In this document: positions 27,641 to 40,003 of the stretch, one piece after another
Numbering within the stretch: the stretch's first letter is position 1
Layout of the letters: every line of letters begins with the position of its first letter
Assembly: GCA_052279835.1 (NCBI GenBank)
Contig: CP181291.1
Span: forward strand, 3,872,001 to 3,936,000
Origin: Microcoleus sp.
Lineage (GTDB): Bacteria; Cyanobacteriota; Cyanobacteriia; Cyanobacteriales; Microcoleaceae
DNA length: 64,000 nucleotides
Direction: 5' to 3'
The notes under the pieces: model-generated
Databases searched by the model: none
The model's input: only the letters and a program-made list of their open reading frames with translations
Told to the model about the DNA's origin: nothing
Made by a program: the position numbers and the translations under genes

Positions 27641-27728
27641 ACGATAGGACTAAAAAACGCAGATAATCGGGATTTATCTGCGTTTATTAAGGCTTATTTG
27701 GGTTTTAAGTAAGGGGCGATCGATTTAC

Positions 27729-30700
27729 TTAAATTATGCTAAAGTTCTGGGGTCCGATCGCCCTTGCGGGGACTCCATTCAGTACAGCCAACACTTCGCC
27801 AGTATTGGCAATCGTGATGAAAGTTGCATTGTTTTGTGGAATGAAACTGAGTCGATCGACTGTCAAACCTCCTGTTAAAATCAGCACATCTTCACCTGGG
27901 ATAAAATCAGTAATAAAATCGCTGCCTTGTCCGGGGGTCAACAAAAAGTAATCGCCACCACTTCCCCCTTGCAACGTATCGTTTCCGAAATCTCCAATCA
28001 GCCAGTCATCGCCCAGCCCGCCAGCGACACAATCGTCACCTTTGCCGCCGTAAACACTATCATTGCCCTCACCGCCGCAGAGTTCGTCAACACCGCCATT
28101 GCCAAACATCAAATCGTTGCCTTCCCCGCCGCACAAGGAATCTGCTTCACCGTTAAGGTCGATCGCACTTTCTCCAAAAATAGTATCGTCCCCTGCGCCA
28201 CCACACACAGTATCAGTACCGCGATCGCCACACAATAGATCGTCGCCAGTATCACCAACAAGTACATCATTGCCCTTGCCACCGTCTAGGGTGTCATTGC
28301 CCTTACCACCGTCTAGGGTGTCAGCGCCATATCCCCCATGCAGGAAGTCTTGCCCTGCCCCACCATAAAGCAAATCGCGTCCTGTCAAGTCGGGGTTAAA
28401 TGGGTCAAAAGTGCCTCCAAATAAGCAGTCGTTACCGTTGTATCCGACCAATGTGTCATTGCCCTTCTCCCCCCAAATCAAGTCATCTTCCTTGCCGCCG
28501 ATCGCCACATCATCACCACTACCCCCGAAAATGAGATCGTTGCCGCCATCGCCGTTGAGGTAATCATTGCCCTTGCCGCCATAAAGCACATCATTGTCTG
28601 TATCCGGGCTAAGAAGCATATCGCTGAACAGTCCGCCATAAATATTATCGTTGCCCTTTTTACCGATGAGAATGTCGTTGCCATTCCCACCGTTGATGGA
28701 GTCGTTGAGCTTGCTGCCAGTGAGGAAGTCGTCGCCGTCAGTGCCATTGAAAGTGCGATCGACCCGATTCGGGCCCGGAATCAAACTCATAGGGGGCACA
28801 GAAATCTCCTCGCAAATGCAATCGCTATCGTCTGGAGTCTGTAGGGGCGGTGTCTCCGTGTCCCCTCCCGTGGGAATCGGAGTCGGAGATGGAGTTTCCG
28901 TGGGAATCGGAGTCGGAGATGGAGATGTTGTCGGAGTTGGAGATGTTGTCGGAGTCGGAGATGGAGTTTCCGTGGGAATCGGAGTTGGAGATGGAGTTTC
29001 CGTGGGAATCGGAGTCGGAGATGGAGTTTCCGTGGGAATCGGAGTCGGAGATGGAGTTTCCGTGGGAATCGGAGTCGGAGATGGAGTTTCCGTGGGAATC
29101 GGAGTCGGAGATGGAGTTTCCGTGGGAATCGGAATCGGAGATGTCGCCGGAGTCGGAGATGTCGCCGGAGTTGGAGATGTCGCCGGAGTTGGAGATGTCG
29201 CCGGAGTTGGAGATGTCGCCGGAGTTGGAGATGTCGCCGGAGTTGGAGATGTCGCCGGAGTTGGAGATGTCGCCGGAGTTGGAGATGTCGCCGGAGTTGG
29301 AGATGTCGCCGGAGTTGGAGATGTCGCCGGAGTTGGAGATGTCGCCGGAGTTGGAGATGTCGCCGGAGTTGGAGATGTCGCCGGAGTTGGAGATGTCGCC
29401 GGAGTTGGAGATGTCGCCGGAGTTGGAGATGTCGCCGGAGTTGGAGATGTCGCCGGAGTTGGAGATGTCGCCGGAGTTGGAGATGTCGCCGGAGTCGGAG
29501 ATGTCGCCGGAGTCGGAGATGTCGCCGGAGTCGGAGATGTCGCCGGAGTTGGAGATGTCGCCGGAGTCGGAGATGTCGCCGGAGGATTGTTTACAATAAT
29601 GGTCGCTGTCGCGATCGCAGAATCTACTTTCCCGTCATTAGCTTTGTAAGTAAAACTATCACTACCCACAAATCCTGTATTAGGAGTGTAATTAAAGCTG
29701 CCATCGGATTTCAAGTTGATCGCCCCTTTAGTCTGCCCTGTAACTAAAACCGCAGTTAGGGAATCTTGGTCCGCATCCGTATCATTCCTTAAAACACCTG
29801 TAGCCACAGGTACGTTGAGAACTTGTCCACCATTGATGCTGTAGCTGTCAGCAATCGCTACAGGTGGGTTGTTGGTGACATTAATCACAAATGTCTGGTT
29901 TGCCGAAGTATCCACGCCACCGTTAGCTATACCGCCGTTGTCTCTGAGGTTGATAGTGATATTAGCCTTGCCAGTTGCAGTTGTTGCGGGGGTAAAACTC
30001 AGTTGTCCGAAAGAGTCGATCGCCGGTGGTACGCTAAATAAACTGGGATTGTCATTCCCCACCACTTGAAAACTAACGGTTTGTGTTGACTCGTTCGCCG
30101 GCCCTGGAGAAATCACTGTCGCCCATCCAGCAAAGGTTTGCGGGCCTGCGTTGTGATTGACGATGCGATCTACCCCTTTGACAAAGGACGGCGCGTCGTT
30201 GACCGGATTAACGGTAATTGTTGCTGTCTCGCTGGCTGTGCTGAAAGCTGCTAACCCCCCCATACTGCTAGCAGTCGAAATATCAGCCGTCCCACCGTTG
30301 GTGAGGGTAGTACCGCTAGAGTTAGTTGTCGTTCCATCCCATGCCTGATAGGTGATATTGGCAGTGCCGTTGTAGTCAGCATTGGGAAGAAAGCGGATGC
30401 GGGCATTGCCTGCTAGCAGTCTCGCTGCTGCTGTTGAGGGCGTGCCGAATGCCGTCCAAGTCGCACCGCTATCAATTGAATATTGCCAACTGCCGTTAGT
30501 ATTGTCTGTCGCCGTGACTGCAATTCCTTGAGTGTCGGCGGTGTCGGGATCTGTAACAGCACCTGCAATTAAAGCAGAAACTAAGGTGCCGCTGTTGCTG
30601 GCAGAAGGTACATCTTCGTTAATTGCTGTTAGTACCGGCGAACCGCTGTTGTTAAGTACGGGTGCGTTGTTGGCTGCAAACGCTGCGAATGCGGTGGGAA

Positions 30701-32216
30701 TCGCAAAATTGTTGTCGCTGACAAGAATCAGCGATCGCTTCCCAGTTGCTGTTTGAGAAGGCCCAAATGTCATCCCTTCAAAATTATTGATCGGGAAGCC
30801 TGAAGTCTTTGGGAAATCAGCAATCAGGGTTTTCGATACCGGTGTAATGCCAGCCAAACCAGAAGCAATCAAGCCAGTATTGTTTTGAATGTCAGTCGCA
30901 CCGTTTAAAGAAATTTGATAGAGCTTCAAATCGCCTGACGGCGGATTCGTTGATAAGTCGAGAAAACGTTCGAGAACCAGCAGCGTATTATCATCAACGG
31001 CCAGCATTTCCGAAATGCCGTTGCCTGGATCGGTATTGTAAAGAAATTCTCCGTTTGCGGTGTTTGTGGTTAAGTTATATTTTAAAATCCGCGATCGCGT
31101 GCCAATTGTAGCCGTTGTCAGTGTAGCAGGGCCGTCTTGTTCGAGAGCATTTTCTGTTGCTGTAAACAGAAAACTTTGACTGGGAGTAATGGTCAGACTT
31201 TCAAAAGCTTGATTGTTGCGGATGCCAATGTTAGTAGCTGCTGATACGTCGTATTTGGGAGAAGAAATTGGCAGCGCTAGATTTTGAACTCCTGTTGCAA
31301 TGACGAATTTATTGATAAAAGGCTGGGTAGTTGTCGAGAAATTGCCTTCAGAAGAGACGAAGACATTGCCGCCGATGAAGCCAATGCCCTCTGTATCCGA
31401 TGTATCTGTGGCAAAGGGAGGCGGATTGCCAATCTGTGTCACCGCTGTAAAATTAACTTGTCCTGCTGCTGGTGTCAAGATACCAGAACTTACAGTAGGT
31501 ATAGTGAGGGTGTAAAAGCGAGACGGGCCGGGACTGGAACCAGCAATATTGCGGCCGTCAGAGATAGCGTAGTAAGTGTTGTTGCCCGCGTAGGTAAGGC
31601 CAGACAGTCCACCTACCTGAGTGCCTCCAACAGGAAAAGTTGTATTTGCCGGAAATCCTGCTTGTCCCAAAAGTTGGAGGCCGAATACAAATTGATAGGT
31701 GGTTCTGGTGGCTGGGTCGATCGCCAACCCAGAAGACACCGACCCAGTTGTATAATCTAATTCCCAGTTTCCGCCCTTAGCTGCGCTGCCTACAGGCGTG
31801 CTAGAAGCCGCAATTTTTGCCTTGGTTAACAGACTGATTTGCTGCACGAAGTTAGCGCCCGCCTCGCCCGCCGCTACCTCGCACCCGTACAGCAAAATCT
31901 CTGCATTTTCTACTAGGGCTGTTGACCACTGCTGCAATTGCTTAGCATAGGTTTTTAAATTTGTCAAGCTTAAGTTAATTGCCCCTAGCTGCAAACTTCC
32001 AGGGCTACCGTGGGAGATGATGTGAATGCTGGTAATACCACTGCGACTTGCTAGTGCTTTAGTAATTTGTTCTACCCCATTCCGTACTCCATTGAGGCTA
32101 ATTACTTCTGTCCCCGGTGCGATACCGTTGTGAAGAGTTTGGCGATCGTCCAGGGCACTGTCGATAAAGGCGATCGTCGTGGCAACTAAACTAATAGTGT
32201 CTGGCATAATAGACAT
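27729..32216 (-). CDS. Giant RTX-type secreted protein: DUF4347, phytase-like esterase domain, Ig-like modules, P/T linker, Ca-binding repeats
   Basis: DUF4347 ([30 protein letters not shown]); phytase-like GGLSGL, DTEGI, NQAFESL, NFEGM, VSDNNF; GGxGxD repeats; start is approximate. Confidence 0.88.
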   Translation of the reverse strand: MSIMPDTISLVATTIAFIDSALDDRQTLHNGIAPGTEVISLNGVRNGVEQITKALASRSGITSIHIISHGSPGSLQLGAINLSLTNLKTYAKQLQQWSTALVENAEILLYGCEVAAGEAGANFVQQISLLTKAKIAASSTPVGSAAKGGNWELDYTTGSVSSGLAIDPATRTTYQFVFGLQLLGQAGFPANTTFPVGGTQVGGLSGLTYAGNNTYYAISDGRNIAGSSPGPSRFYTLTIPTVSSGILTPAAGQVNFTAVTQIGNPPPFATDTSDTEGIGFIGGNVFVSSEGNFSTTTQPFINKFVIATGVQNLALPISSPKYDVSAATNIGIRNNQAFESLTITPSQSFLFTATENALEQDGPATLTTATIGTRSRILKYNLTTNTANGEFLYNTDPGNGISEMLAVDDNTLLVLERFLDLSTNPPSGDLKLYQISLNGATDIQNNTGLIASGLAGITPVSKTLIADFPKTSGFPINNFEGMTFGPSQTATGKRSLILVSDNNFAIPTAFAAFAANNAPVLNNSGSPVLTAINEDVPSASNSGTLVSALIAGAVTDPDTADTQGIAVTATDNTNGSWQYSIDSGATWTAFGTPSTAAARLLAGNARIRFLPNADYNGTANITYQAWDGTTTNSSGTTLTNGGTADISTASSMGGLAAFSTASETATITVNPVNDAPSFVKGVDRIVNHNAGPQTFAGWATVISPGPANESTQTVSFQVVGNDNPSLFSVPPAIDSFGQLSFTPATTATGKANITINLRDNGGIANGGVDTSANQTFVINVTNNPPVAIADSYSINGGQVLNVPVATGVLRNDTDADQDSLTAVLVTGQTKGAINLKSDGSFNYTPNTGFVGSDSFTYKANDGKVDSAIATATIIVNNPPATSPTPATSPTPATSPTPATSPTPATSPTPATSPTPATSPTPATSPTPATSPTPATSPTPATSPTPATSPTPATSPTPATSPTPATSPTPATSPTPATSPTPATSPTPATSPTPATSPTPATSPTPATSPTPATSPTPATSPTPATSPIPIPTETPSPTPIPTETPSPTPIPTETPSPTPIPTETPSPTPIPTETPSPTPIPTETPSPTPTTSPTPTTSPSPTPIPTETPSPTPIPTGGDTETPPLQTPDDSDCICEEISVPPMSLIPGPNRVDRTFNGTDGDDFLTGSKLNDSINGGNGNDILIGKKGNDNIYGGLFSDMLLSPDTDNDVLYGGKGNDYLNGDGGNDLIFGGSGDDVAIGGKEDDLIWGEKGNDTLVGYNGNDCLFGGTFDPFNPDLTGRDLLYGGAGQDFLHGGYGADTLDGGKGNDTLDGGKGNDVLVGDTGDDLLCGDRGTDTVCGGAGDDTIFGESAIDLNGEADSLCGGEGNDLMFGNGGVDELCGGEGNDSVYGGKGDDCVAGGLGDDWLIGDFGNDTLQGGSGGDYFLLTPGQGSDFITDFIPGEDVLILTGGLTVDRLSFIPQNNATFITIANTGEVLAVLNGVPARAIGPQNFSII
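28866..29583 (-). repeat. Coding tandem repeats: about 25 x 18 bp (PATSPT) plus 30-bp units ([10 protein letters not shown])
   Basis: GGAGATGTCGCCGGAGT(T/C) array. Confidence 0.95.
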
Positions 32217-32432
32217 AAAGGTAGATGAAAATACGGAATTAAGGTGTGCCCAACTTAGCAAATTTCTAGGGGTACTGTCATCAGTAAACTATCACCATCA
32301 ACGGTAAATCAGAGACATCTTCATAATTAATGTGGAACAGGCCCTCCAGCCTGTTATTGATGATCTTTTTGAGACACGTATAATCGTGATGTTTTATGAA
32401 GCTGCAACAGATGAATTTTGTAGCTGCTAAGT

Positions 32433-32820
32433 AGAAGGAATAAGGAAGAAGATCGATGTGAAGAAGATTGATGTGAAGAAGGAAGAAGATCGATGTGAAG
32501 AAGGAATAAGTCACCCCCCCCTGCCCCCCCCTAGGGGGGAAATTCAGGAAGAAGATCGATGTGAAGAAGGAATAAGTCACCCCCCCCCTGCCCCCCCCTA
32601 GGGGGGAAATTCAGGAAGAAGATCGATGTGAAGAAGGAATAAGTCACCCCCCCCTGCCCCCCCCTAGGGGGGAAATTCAGGAAGAAGATCGATGTGAAGA
32701 AGGAATAAGTCACCCCCCCCTGCCCCCCCCTAGGGGGGAAATTCAGGAAGAAGGAAGAAGACTTATGCAGTCAGCTTTTCGGTCATCCGTATTTTACGTT
32801 TAATTAAGTGGATTTACCCA
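32433..32820. repeat. About 63-bp tandem repeat x4 (GAAGAAGATCGATGTGAAGAAGG...CCCCCCCTGCCCCCCCTAGGGGGGAAATTCAG)
   Basis: Directly visible; partial inverted relative at 56585-56695. Confidence 0.85.
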
Positions 32821-32830
32821 ACTCGTCATT

Positions 32831-33523
32831 TTAAGGTTCCATCGCTAAAAGTTCTTCTGCTACCAATCCCTTCTGAATCGCGAGTACAGCAGCTTGAGTG
32901 CGATCGCGCACTTCCAACTTTTGCAAAATCGCATGAACGTGAACCCGCACTGTCCCTGGGGCAATATACAATATTTGAGCAATTTCCTGATTGCTTTTCC
33001 CCCCCGCCACTAAAGCTAAAATTTCCTGTTCTCGCTTCGTCAGCGGATTTTCCAAAACTTCCGATTTAGGGCTATTTTTAACAGGTTCAGGATTAGTAAA
33101 AACCGCCCTAATTTCCGCAGTAGCGGCTCGATCCCACCAGGAAGCACCCGCCGCTACTGAGCGAATTGCTAACACCAAAGTTTCCGCCGCAATTCCCTTG
33201 AGACAATAGCCCTGAGCCCCCGCTGCAATCAATCTTTCAATTAATGATTTTTGAGAATGAGATGTTAAAATTAAAACGGGAATTGCTGGATGTCGTTGTT
33301 TAATTTGGCGACAAGCTTCAATGCCACCAATTCCCGGCAAACCGACATCGAGAACCACCACATCCGGTAAGTGTTCCTGAGTCAATTCTACTGCGGTTTC
33401 GCCATCTTCGGCTTCCGCAATTACTTGCAAGCAATTTTCTTGTTGCAATCGAGTTTGCAGCCCCAACCGGAACAGTTCGTCATCTTCAACTAACAGAATT
33501 CGCAAGGGATAAGCTGGTTTCAT
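32831..33523 (-). CDS. NarL/LuxR-type response regulator
   Basis: REC (VEDD, VLDVGLP) plus LuxR HTH (LTKREQEIL...SNQEIA...TVRVHV). Confidence 0.93.
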   Translation of the reverse strand: MKPAYPLRILLVEDDELFRLGLQTRLQQENCLQVIAEAEDGETAVELTQEHLPDVVVLDVGLPGIGGIEACRQIKQRHPAIPVLILTSHSQKSLIERLIAAGAQGYCLKGIAAETLVLAIRSVAAGASWWDRAATAEIRAVFTNPEPVKNSPKSEVLENPLTKREQEILALVAGGKSNQEIAQILYIAPGTVRVHVHAILQKLEVRDRTQAAVLAIQKGLVAEELLAMEP

Positions 33524-34623
33524 TTCTCTGGGATTGCAGGGAGTCGGAATCCAAATAAAGCACCGTGAGGCAATTTATTTTCTGCCCAGATTATACCTCC
33601 GTGGGCGTCAATAATTTGGCGAGATAAGTATAACCCCAATCCCGATCCTTTAGCTTGCCGATCGCCATTTCCTTGATAAAAACGATCGAACAAGTGCGGC
33701 AGTTCCTCTGCTGTAATTCCCAACCCGCTATCAATAACTTTCACGATCTGATAACTTGAATAAAATTCCATCACCACTTCTACTTTACCACCACGAGGGG
33801 AATGGTTGATCCCATTGGTCAATAAATTCACAAAAACGCGCTGAAGTTGCACTGCATCGCATTTTACCCACAAAGAGCGACGAAAATCTGACTCTCCGTA
33901 ACTAATATTAATGTAAACTCGACGCGCCGCCGATAAATCGATGAGAGTGGCAATTACTTCTTCTGCTAAAGTTACTAAATTTACCGGAGCAAGCTGTAGT
34001 TTTAAACCTTCGGTATCGTTGCGGTAAACATCCAGCATGGTTTCTACTAATTGTAAAGTCATTTTGTGCGATCGCGTCATGGTTTCCAAAACTTTTTGCT
34101 GAGTAGAAGTCACATCGCCAAATTTGGCCTGTTTAAAAGCTTTAATAGTCTCGATCGCGCCCAGCATCGGCGTTTTTAAGTCATGACTCAAAGTAGACAC
34201 AAAATCTTCTCGGATGCTAGCTAATTGTTGCTGAGACTGCAATTGCGCTTTGGTAAGGGCGATCGCCTCTTGGTACTGCTGATTGCGATCGCTCAAATAG
34301 CCAGTAACCCCCAAAGCCATGACAGCGATCGCCCTATTTGCTACAGTTGCTAGGGCGATCTTTTCTCCATAAGGAAGAACCAAATTTAACAGAGTCAATA
34401 GCACTGCTACCAGGGTAATTTGCAACTTTCCCAACCGACTCAGGCGCGAGTTTGCCATTAAAATCGGTCCAGTATACAAATATCCAAATAAATATTCCGA
34501 AGGCGTGCTAAATTCTAGTGCTACCACAATGGCAAATAAAGTAGCGATCGACCATCGCCCCCGCCAAAAATTCTCCCCCAGAGCCAAGTCTTCCTTGATT
34601 TTAAATATTTTTTTTAACATCAT
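33520..34623 (-). CDS. Membrane histidine kinase (about 4 TM, HisKA, HATPase), probable Kdp sensor
   Basis: SHDLKTP, NLLTNGI, DSGLG, GSGLGL; divergent from kdpA. Confidence 0.9.
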   Translation of the reverse strand: MMLKKIFKIKEDLALGENFWRGRWSIATLFAIVVALEFSTPSEYLFGYLYTGPILMANSRLSRLGKLQITLVAVLLTLLNLVLPYGEKIALATVANRAIAVMALGVTGYLSDRNQQYQEAIALTKAQLQSQQQLASIREDFVSTLSHDLKTPMLGAIETIKAFKQAKFGDVTSTQQKVLETMTRSHKMTLQLVETMLDVYRNDTEGLKLQLAPVNLVTLAEEVIATLIDLSAARRVYINISYGESDFRRSLWVKCDAVQLQRVFVNLLTNGINHSPRGGKVEVVMEFYSSYQIVKVIDSGLGITAEELPHLFDRFYQGNGDRQAKGSGLGLYLSRQIIDAHGGIIWAENKLPHGALFGFRLPAIPEK

Positions 34624-34874
34624 TAATTAATCCATATTTTATCGGTATATTTTATTTATTTTGACGCAAAAAACCCGCGTTTAGAGCCAAAATATATCTC
34701 TAAGTATAGGTAGTTTAACAAATATAAACATTGGTCTACAACTAAAATATATAGCAGTTATACATAATTGGTAAACAGCAACTTATACCTGGGGGTTGAT
34801 TATCAACCACCCTAACTTCAAGTATATTGATTGTTAAAAGTAGACTGCACTTTTAAGAAAGTATAGACTCCCTT

Positions 34875-36635
34875 ATGATTGAAGGATTAATTCAAATCGC
34901 CTTAACGCTAATCATAGTAGTAGCGATCGCCCCGGTTTTTGGCAATTACATGGCACGAGTATACATGGGAGAAGCAACCATCCTCGATCGCGCCATTAAA
35001 CCCCTAGAACAACTCATCTATCAAGCTGGCAATATTCGTTCGGCAGATTCAATGACAGGTTGGCAATATGCGCGATCGGTATTCTACAGCAATATCGCCA
35101 TGGGCATATTTGTTTTCCTCATTTTCATGCTTCAAGGATTGCTCCCTTTAAATCCTACCGGCTTAGGTACACCAACCTGGGATACCGCCCTGCACACAAC
35201 TATTTCATTCCTCACCAATACCGACCAACAGCATTACTCCGGCGAGACAACATTTACTTACCTATCCCAGTTAACTTTGGGCTTTTTAATGTTCACCTCA
35301 GCCGCCACCGGTTTAGCAGTAGGCATTGCCTTTATTCGAGGATTAACAGGTAGACCCCTAGGCAATTTTTACATCGATTTAATTCAATCTATCACCCGTA
35401 TTCTGCTACCAATTTCTATAATACTTGGCTTGCTCTTACTAATTAATGGCGTACCAGAAACCCTAGCAGGTCCAGCAGTTGCCACCACCTTAGAAGGGAG
35501 CACCCAAGTAATAGCCCGCGGCCCGGTTGCTCACTTTGAAAGCATCAAACAACTAGGAGAAAACGGCGGTGGATTCTTTGCAATTAACTCGGCTCACCCC
35601 TATGAAAATCCCAACCCTTTCACTAACCTGCTGGAAACCATAGCCATGGTTTCAATTCCGGCAGCACTCATTCATACTTACGGGATATTTGCCAATAATA
35701 AAAAACAAGGCTGGCTAATTTTTTGGATGGTTTTTAGCATCTACGTTTTCTTGATTGGCATTGCAGCAGTCGGCGAATTCCAAGGCAATCCTCTCATCAA
35801 CAAATTACTAGGCTCAGTGCAGCCAAATTTAGAAGGAAAAGAAATTAGATTTGGCTGGGCCCAAACCGCCCTTTGGGCAGTGACTACAACAGGCACAATG
35901 TGCGGTGCGGTCAACGGAATGCACGATTCTTTAATGCCTCCCGGCAGTTTTGCTAGTTTATTTAACTTGTTTCTGCAAATAGTTTGGGGCGGACAAGGAA
36001 CTGGTACAGCTTACCTATTTATCTACTTAATTTTGAGCGTGTTTCTCACCGGATTGATGGTGGGAAGAACCCCAGAGTTTTTAGGCAGAAAGATAGAAAA
36101 ACCGGAAATAGTTTTAGCCAGCGTTGTGCTGTTAATTCATCCGATCGCTGTTTTAATTCCCGGCGCAATTACCCTCGCATTTACCGACAGCTTGAGCGGC
36201 ATCAGCAATCCCGGATTTCACGGTATTTCCCAGGTGATGTACGAATATGCTTCGGCCGCAGCCAACAACGGTTCAGGTTTTGAAGGATTGGCAGACTCTC
36301 AACCAGCAGCTACCGGAATGTGGTGGAATTTAAGCACCTGTTTTAGTATGCTATTAGGGCGCTATGTTCCGATTGTTGCACTGCTGCTGTTAGCCGACAG
36401 CATGACCAACAAACAACCAGTACCAGAAACAACAGGAACTCTCAGAACCGACTCAGTGTTATTCACCAGCGTCACCGCTGGAGTAATCTTAATTCTAGGC
36501 GCATTAACATTTTTCCCAGTGCTAGCTTTAGGACCAATTGCCGAAGGATATGAAATTAGCAGTGGCAAATTTGAACCCGCACCGACCACAGTACCCGCAA
36601 CACCTTTAGCCACACCAACTCCTCCACCTCTGTAG
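34875..36635 (+). CDS. kdpA: K+-transporting ATPase subunit A
   Basis: [36 protein letters not shown]. Confidence 0.96.
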   Translation: MIEGLIQIALTLIIVVAIAPVFGNYMARVYMGEATILDRAIKPLEQLIYQAGNIRSADSMTGWQYARSVFYSNIAMGIFVFLIFMLQGLLPLNPTGLGTPTWDTALHTTISFLTNTDQQHYSGETTFTYLSQLTLGFLMFTSAATGLAVGIAFIRGLTGRPLGNFYIDLIQSITRILLPISIILGLLLLINGVPETLAGPAVATTLEGSTQVIARGPVAHFESIKQLGENGGGFFAINSAHPYENPNPFTNLLETIAMVSIPAALIHTYGIFANNKKQGWLIFWMVFSIYVFLIGIAAVGEFQGNPLINKLLGSVQPNLEGKEIRFGWAQTALWAVTTTGTMCGAVNGMHDSLMPPGSFASLFNLFLQIVWGGQGTGTAYLFIYLILSVFLTGLMVGRTPEFLGRKIEKPEIVLASVVLLIHPIAVLIPGAITLAFTDSLSGISNPGFHGISQVMYEYASAAANNGSGFEGLADSQPAATGMWWNLSTCFSMLLGRYVPIVALLLLADSMTNKQPVPETTGTLRTDSVLFTSVTAGVILILGALTFFPVLALGPIAEGYEISSGKFEPAPTTVPATPLATPTPPPL

Positions 36636-36710
36636 CCAAAAACTCTCAACATCAATCCTCTCTTTCTCTGTGTTCTCTGTGTCCTCTGCGGTTCATTAAA
36701 AATCAAAAAT

Positions 36711-38807
36711 ATGGCTTCTTCCAATAGCACCAATTCTCAAAAAAATCCCCGTTCTAGAGGTTCTCGCGAATCCCGCCGACATACACCAAAAGCAAATACC
36801 AAAGGCCTTTACAAAAGAGCATTCAAACAAGCTTTCATCAAGCTAGATCCGCGGGTAATGTTGAAAAATCCGGTGATGTTTGTGGTTTGGGTAGGCACAA
36901 TTGTGACTGCATTATTAACCATCGATCCGACCCTGTTCGGCCCGGTTCCCGGCAAAAATCAAGTCGTTTTCAACGGTTTAGTCACGTTTATTTTGTTCTT
37001 CACTTTGGTGTTTGCAAATTTTGCCGAAGCCGTAGCAGAAGGGCGCGGCAAAGCCCAAGCAGACGCACTGCGATCGACCAAAGCCGACACCATCGCCCGC
37101 AAACTCTTACCAGACGGTTCATTGCAGGAAGTGAGCTCCACATCCCTCAGACGCGGCGATCAAATTAAAGTAATCGCAGGCGATATCATTCCCGCTGACG
37201 GCGAAGTGATCGCGGGTGTCGCCTCTGTAGACGAATCTGCAATCACCGGGGAATCCGCCCCGGTGCTCAAGGAACCCGGTTCGGACATGGCCAGTTCCGT
37301 TACGGGCGGGACGCGCATCCTTTCCGACGAACTGACGCTGCGGGTGATGGCCGACCCCGGTAAGGGGTTTTTGGACAGGATGATCGCGCTGGTGGAGGGC
37401 GCTGAACGCACGAAAACGCCGAATGAGATCGCGCTGACGGTGTTGCTGGCGGTGCTGACTCTGGTGTTTTTGATTGTGGTGTCTACGATTCCGCCGGTGG
37501 GAACTTACGTGAAAACTCCGGTGGGTGTGGTGACGCTGATTTCGCTGCTGGTGGCGCTGATTCCAACGACGATCGGCGGTTTGCTGAGTGCGATCGGGAT
37601 TGCGGGGATGGATCGCGTGGCTCAATTTAACGTCGTAGCGACCTCTGGACGCGCCGTGGAGGCCTGTGGCGACGTGAATACGCTGATTTTGGACAAAACG
37701 GGGACAATCACCCTGGGCAACCGTTTAGCTGAGGAGTTCATCCCGGTAAACGGTCACTCGCTGGAGGATGTGGCTGCTGTAGCGCTGGCTGGAAGCGTGT
37801 TTGACGAGACACCGGAGGGAAAGTCGATCGTCCGTTTGTCGGAAAAATTGGGCGCTACAGCAACTTTCGATCGCGCTAACGCCACCGGGCTGGAATTTTC
37901 GGCAAAAACGCGGATGTCTGGCACGGATTTGCCCGATGGTACGGAGGTTCGCAAGGGTGCGGTGGATGCGGTGAAGGGTTTTGTGCGATCGCGCGGTGGT
38001 AACATCGGCCCCGATCTCGATGAAGCTTACGAGCGAGTTTCCCGGCTGGGAGGCACACCTTTGGGAGTTTGTCAAGGCAGCGATATCTACGGGATTATTT
38101 ATTTAAAAGATGTGATTAAACCGGGAATTCGCGATCGATTTGACCAACTCAGAAAAATGGGCATCCGCACAATTATGCTCACCGGAGACAACCGAATTAC
38201 AGCATCAGTAATTGCCGATGAAGCCGGCGTTGACGACTTCATCGCCGAAGCAACTCCAGAGGACAAAATCGAAGTAATTCGCAAGCAACAAGCCCAGGGT
38301 AAATTAGTAGCAATGACCGGGGACGGAACCAACGACGCACCAGCCCTAGCCCAAGCAAACGTAGGCTTAGCCATGAATTCGGGAACCCAAGCCGCGAAAG
38401 AAGCTGCAAACATGGTGGACTTAGATTCCGACCCCACAAAATTGATTGATTTAGTGACAATCGGCAAACAATTACTGATTACACGCGGTGCGCTAACTAC
38501 ATTTTCCCTAGCCAACGATATCGCGAAATATTTTGCCATTATTCCGGCAATGTTTGCCCCCGTTGGCGCTTTGAACGTCATGGGTTTAGCTAGCGGTCAA
38601 TCGGCAGTATTATCGGCATTAATTTATAATGCTTTGATTATTCCAGCTTTGATTCCCCTAGCATTAACTGGGGTAAAATTTCGCCCATTAACGGCAAATC
38701 AACTTTTGCAGCGCAACATTTTAATCTACGGATGTGGCGGGGCGATCGCGCCATTTATTGCCATCAAAATTATCGATATTTTCATTGCAGCCGTTGGCTT
38801 AGCATAG
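36711..38807 (+). CDS. kdpB: K+-transporting ATPase subunit B
   Basis: TGES, DKTGTIT, MTGDGTNDAPALAQA. Confidence 0.97.
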   Translation: MASSNSTNSQKNPRSRGSRESRRHTPKANTKGLYKRAFKQAFIKLDPRVMLKNPVMFVVWVGTIVTALLTIDPTLFGPVPGKNQVVFNGLVTFILFFTLVFANFAEAVAEGRGKAQADALRSTKADTIARKLLPDGSLQEVSSTSLRRGDQIKVIAGDIIPADGEVIAGVASVDESAITGESAPVLKEPGSDMASSVTGGTRILSDELTLRVMADPGKGFLDRMIALVEGAERTKTPNEIALTVLLAVLTLVFLIVVSTIPPVGTYVKTPVGVVTLISLLVALIPTTIGGLLSAIGIAGMDRVAQFNVVATSGRAVEACGDVNTLILDKTGTITLGNRLAEEFIPVNGHSLEDVAAVALAGSVFDETPEGKSIVRLSEKLGATATFDRANATGLEFSAKTRMSGTDLPDGTEVRKGAVDAVKGFVRSRGGNIGPDLDEAYERVSRLGGTPLGVCQGSDIYGIIYLKDVIKPGIRDRFDQLRKMGIRTIMLTGDNRITASVIADEAGVDDFIAEATPEDKIEVIRKQQAQGKLVAMTGDGTNDAPALAQANVGLAMNSGTQAAKEAANMVDLDSDPTKLIDLVTIGKQLLITRGALTTFSLANDIAKYFAIIPAMFAPVGALNVMGLASGQSAVLSALIYNALIIPALIPLALTGVKFRPLTANQLLQRNILIYGCGGAIAPFIAIKIIDIFIAAVGLA

Positions 38808-38862
38808 AACAAGTTCGGCAACAGATAAACCAAGATACTTATTCCCAAAACAAGGAGGATTC

Positions 38863-39132
38863 ATGAAACGTGATAATTGGCTGCATGATGTTTTGCCCCC
38901 GGATTTTAAAACAATTATTGAGTTAGCACAAACCCTGTGGCAGCGTCACCAAATCCCGGTGCAGCTATTTCTAGTAATGTGTTTCAATGCCATCATTGCC
39001 CCTGCTGTTTATGCAGCTTCTGGCGAAGATTTGACCCGCAAAGCTGTCTGGGGTTTAAGTCTGCTGGGTTTGGTGATTATCGCGCTTTCTATTTACCTGT
39101 TAGTGGTCATATTTCAGCCGGAAAGATTTTAG
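38863..39132 (+). CDS. kdpF: Extended KdpF / cyanobacterial KdpG-type subunit
   Basis: C-terminal YLLVVIFQPERF KdpF motif; located between kdpB and kdpC; AGGAGG RBS. Confidence 0.8.
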   Translation: MKRDNWLHDVLPPDFKTIIELAQTLWQRHQIPVQLFLVMCFNAIIAPAVYAASGEDLTRKAVWGLSLLGLVIIALSIYLLVVIFQPERF

Positions 39133-39184
39133 CTGAAGCTGGACTACCCAAAATTAACTTTTTCACAACACCCAAATCAACAAT

Positions 39185-39808
39185 ATGAGAGAAATAATCA
39201 GAGCAATTCGCGTGACTTTAGTCCTGTGGGGAATTACAGCCATTGTTTATCCCTTGATTTTACTAGCCATCGGTCAAATAGCTTTCAATTCCCAGGCAAA
39301 TGGTAGCTTAATTACTAAGCAAGGAGTTGTAGTTGGCTCCTCTTTAATCGGTCAAAACTTCACCTCGGAAAAATATTTTGTGAGCCGTCCCAGCACCACA
39401 AATTACAGCATTTTCCCAGATTATGCTCCGACAAAAGCCGAGAATTTAAGTCAAAGAACAGGTGTTTCTGGAGCTAGTAATATTGGTCCCAGTAACTCAG
39501 ATTTGCTGAAAAGAGGTAATGAGAAAGATGGTTTTCAGGGAATTCAATTTGAAATCGATCGTCTCAACAAAGCTGGCATCAAACCTACGGCTGATTTAGT
39601 ATATACTTCTGGTTCTAGCCTCGACCCTCATCTTAGCGAAGAGGCGGCTAGAGCGCAAGTTCAACGGATAGCAAAAGTGCGATCGCTCAATCCCAATCAA
39701 GTCGAAATTCTGATATCCCAAAATACAGACGGCAGATTTCTCGGCATTTTCGGTGAACCCGGAGTTAATGTCCTCAAGCTCAATCTAGCTTTAGATGGTT
39801 TACAATAG
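39185..39808 (+). CDS. kdpC: K+-transporting ATPase subunit C
   Basis: QANGSL, SLIGQNF, YFVSRPS, TSGSSLDPH, VNVLKLNLALD. Confidence 0.95.
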   Translation: MREIIRAIRVTLVLWGITAIVYPLILLAIGQIAFNSQANGSLITKQGVVVGSSLIGQNFTSEKYFVSRPSTTNYSIFPDYAPTKAENLSQRTGVSGASNIGPSNSDLLKRGNEKDGFQGIQFEIDRLNKAGIKPTADLVYTSGSSLDPHLSEEAARAQVQRIAKVRSLNPNQVEILISQNTDGRFLGIFGEPGVNVLKLNLALDGLQ

Positions 39809-39995
39809 TCAGTAGTTATTGGTTATTGGTCATTGGTCATTGGTCATTGGTCATTGGTCATTGGTCATTGGTCATTGGTCATTGGTCATTGGTTATTTGT
39901 TGTTTTTAGCAAATACCAACTAGCAAATACCAACTACCTACTAGCAACTGGCAACTACCAACTACCCACTGTCAACTGTCAACTGCCAACTAACT
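39808..39995. repeat. STRR heptamer arrays (GGTCATT x about 10; CAACTAC/CAACTGT)
   Basis: Directly visible. Confidence 0.85.
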
Positions 39996-40003
39996 ATTAA
40001 GCT

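Noticed and set aside
32433..32760. Regularly spaced repeats (also 49060-49265 and 27193-27640) as CRISPR arrays
   Set aside because: The units are whole tandem duplications with no unique spacers, and there are no cas genes in the window
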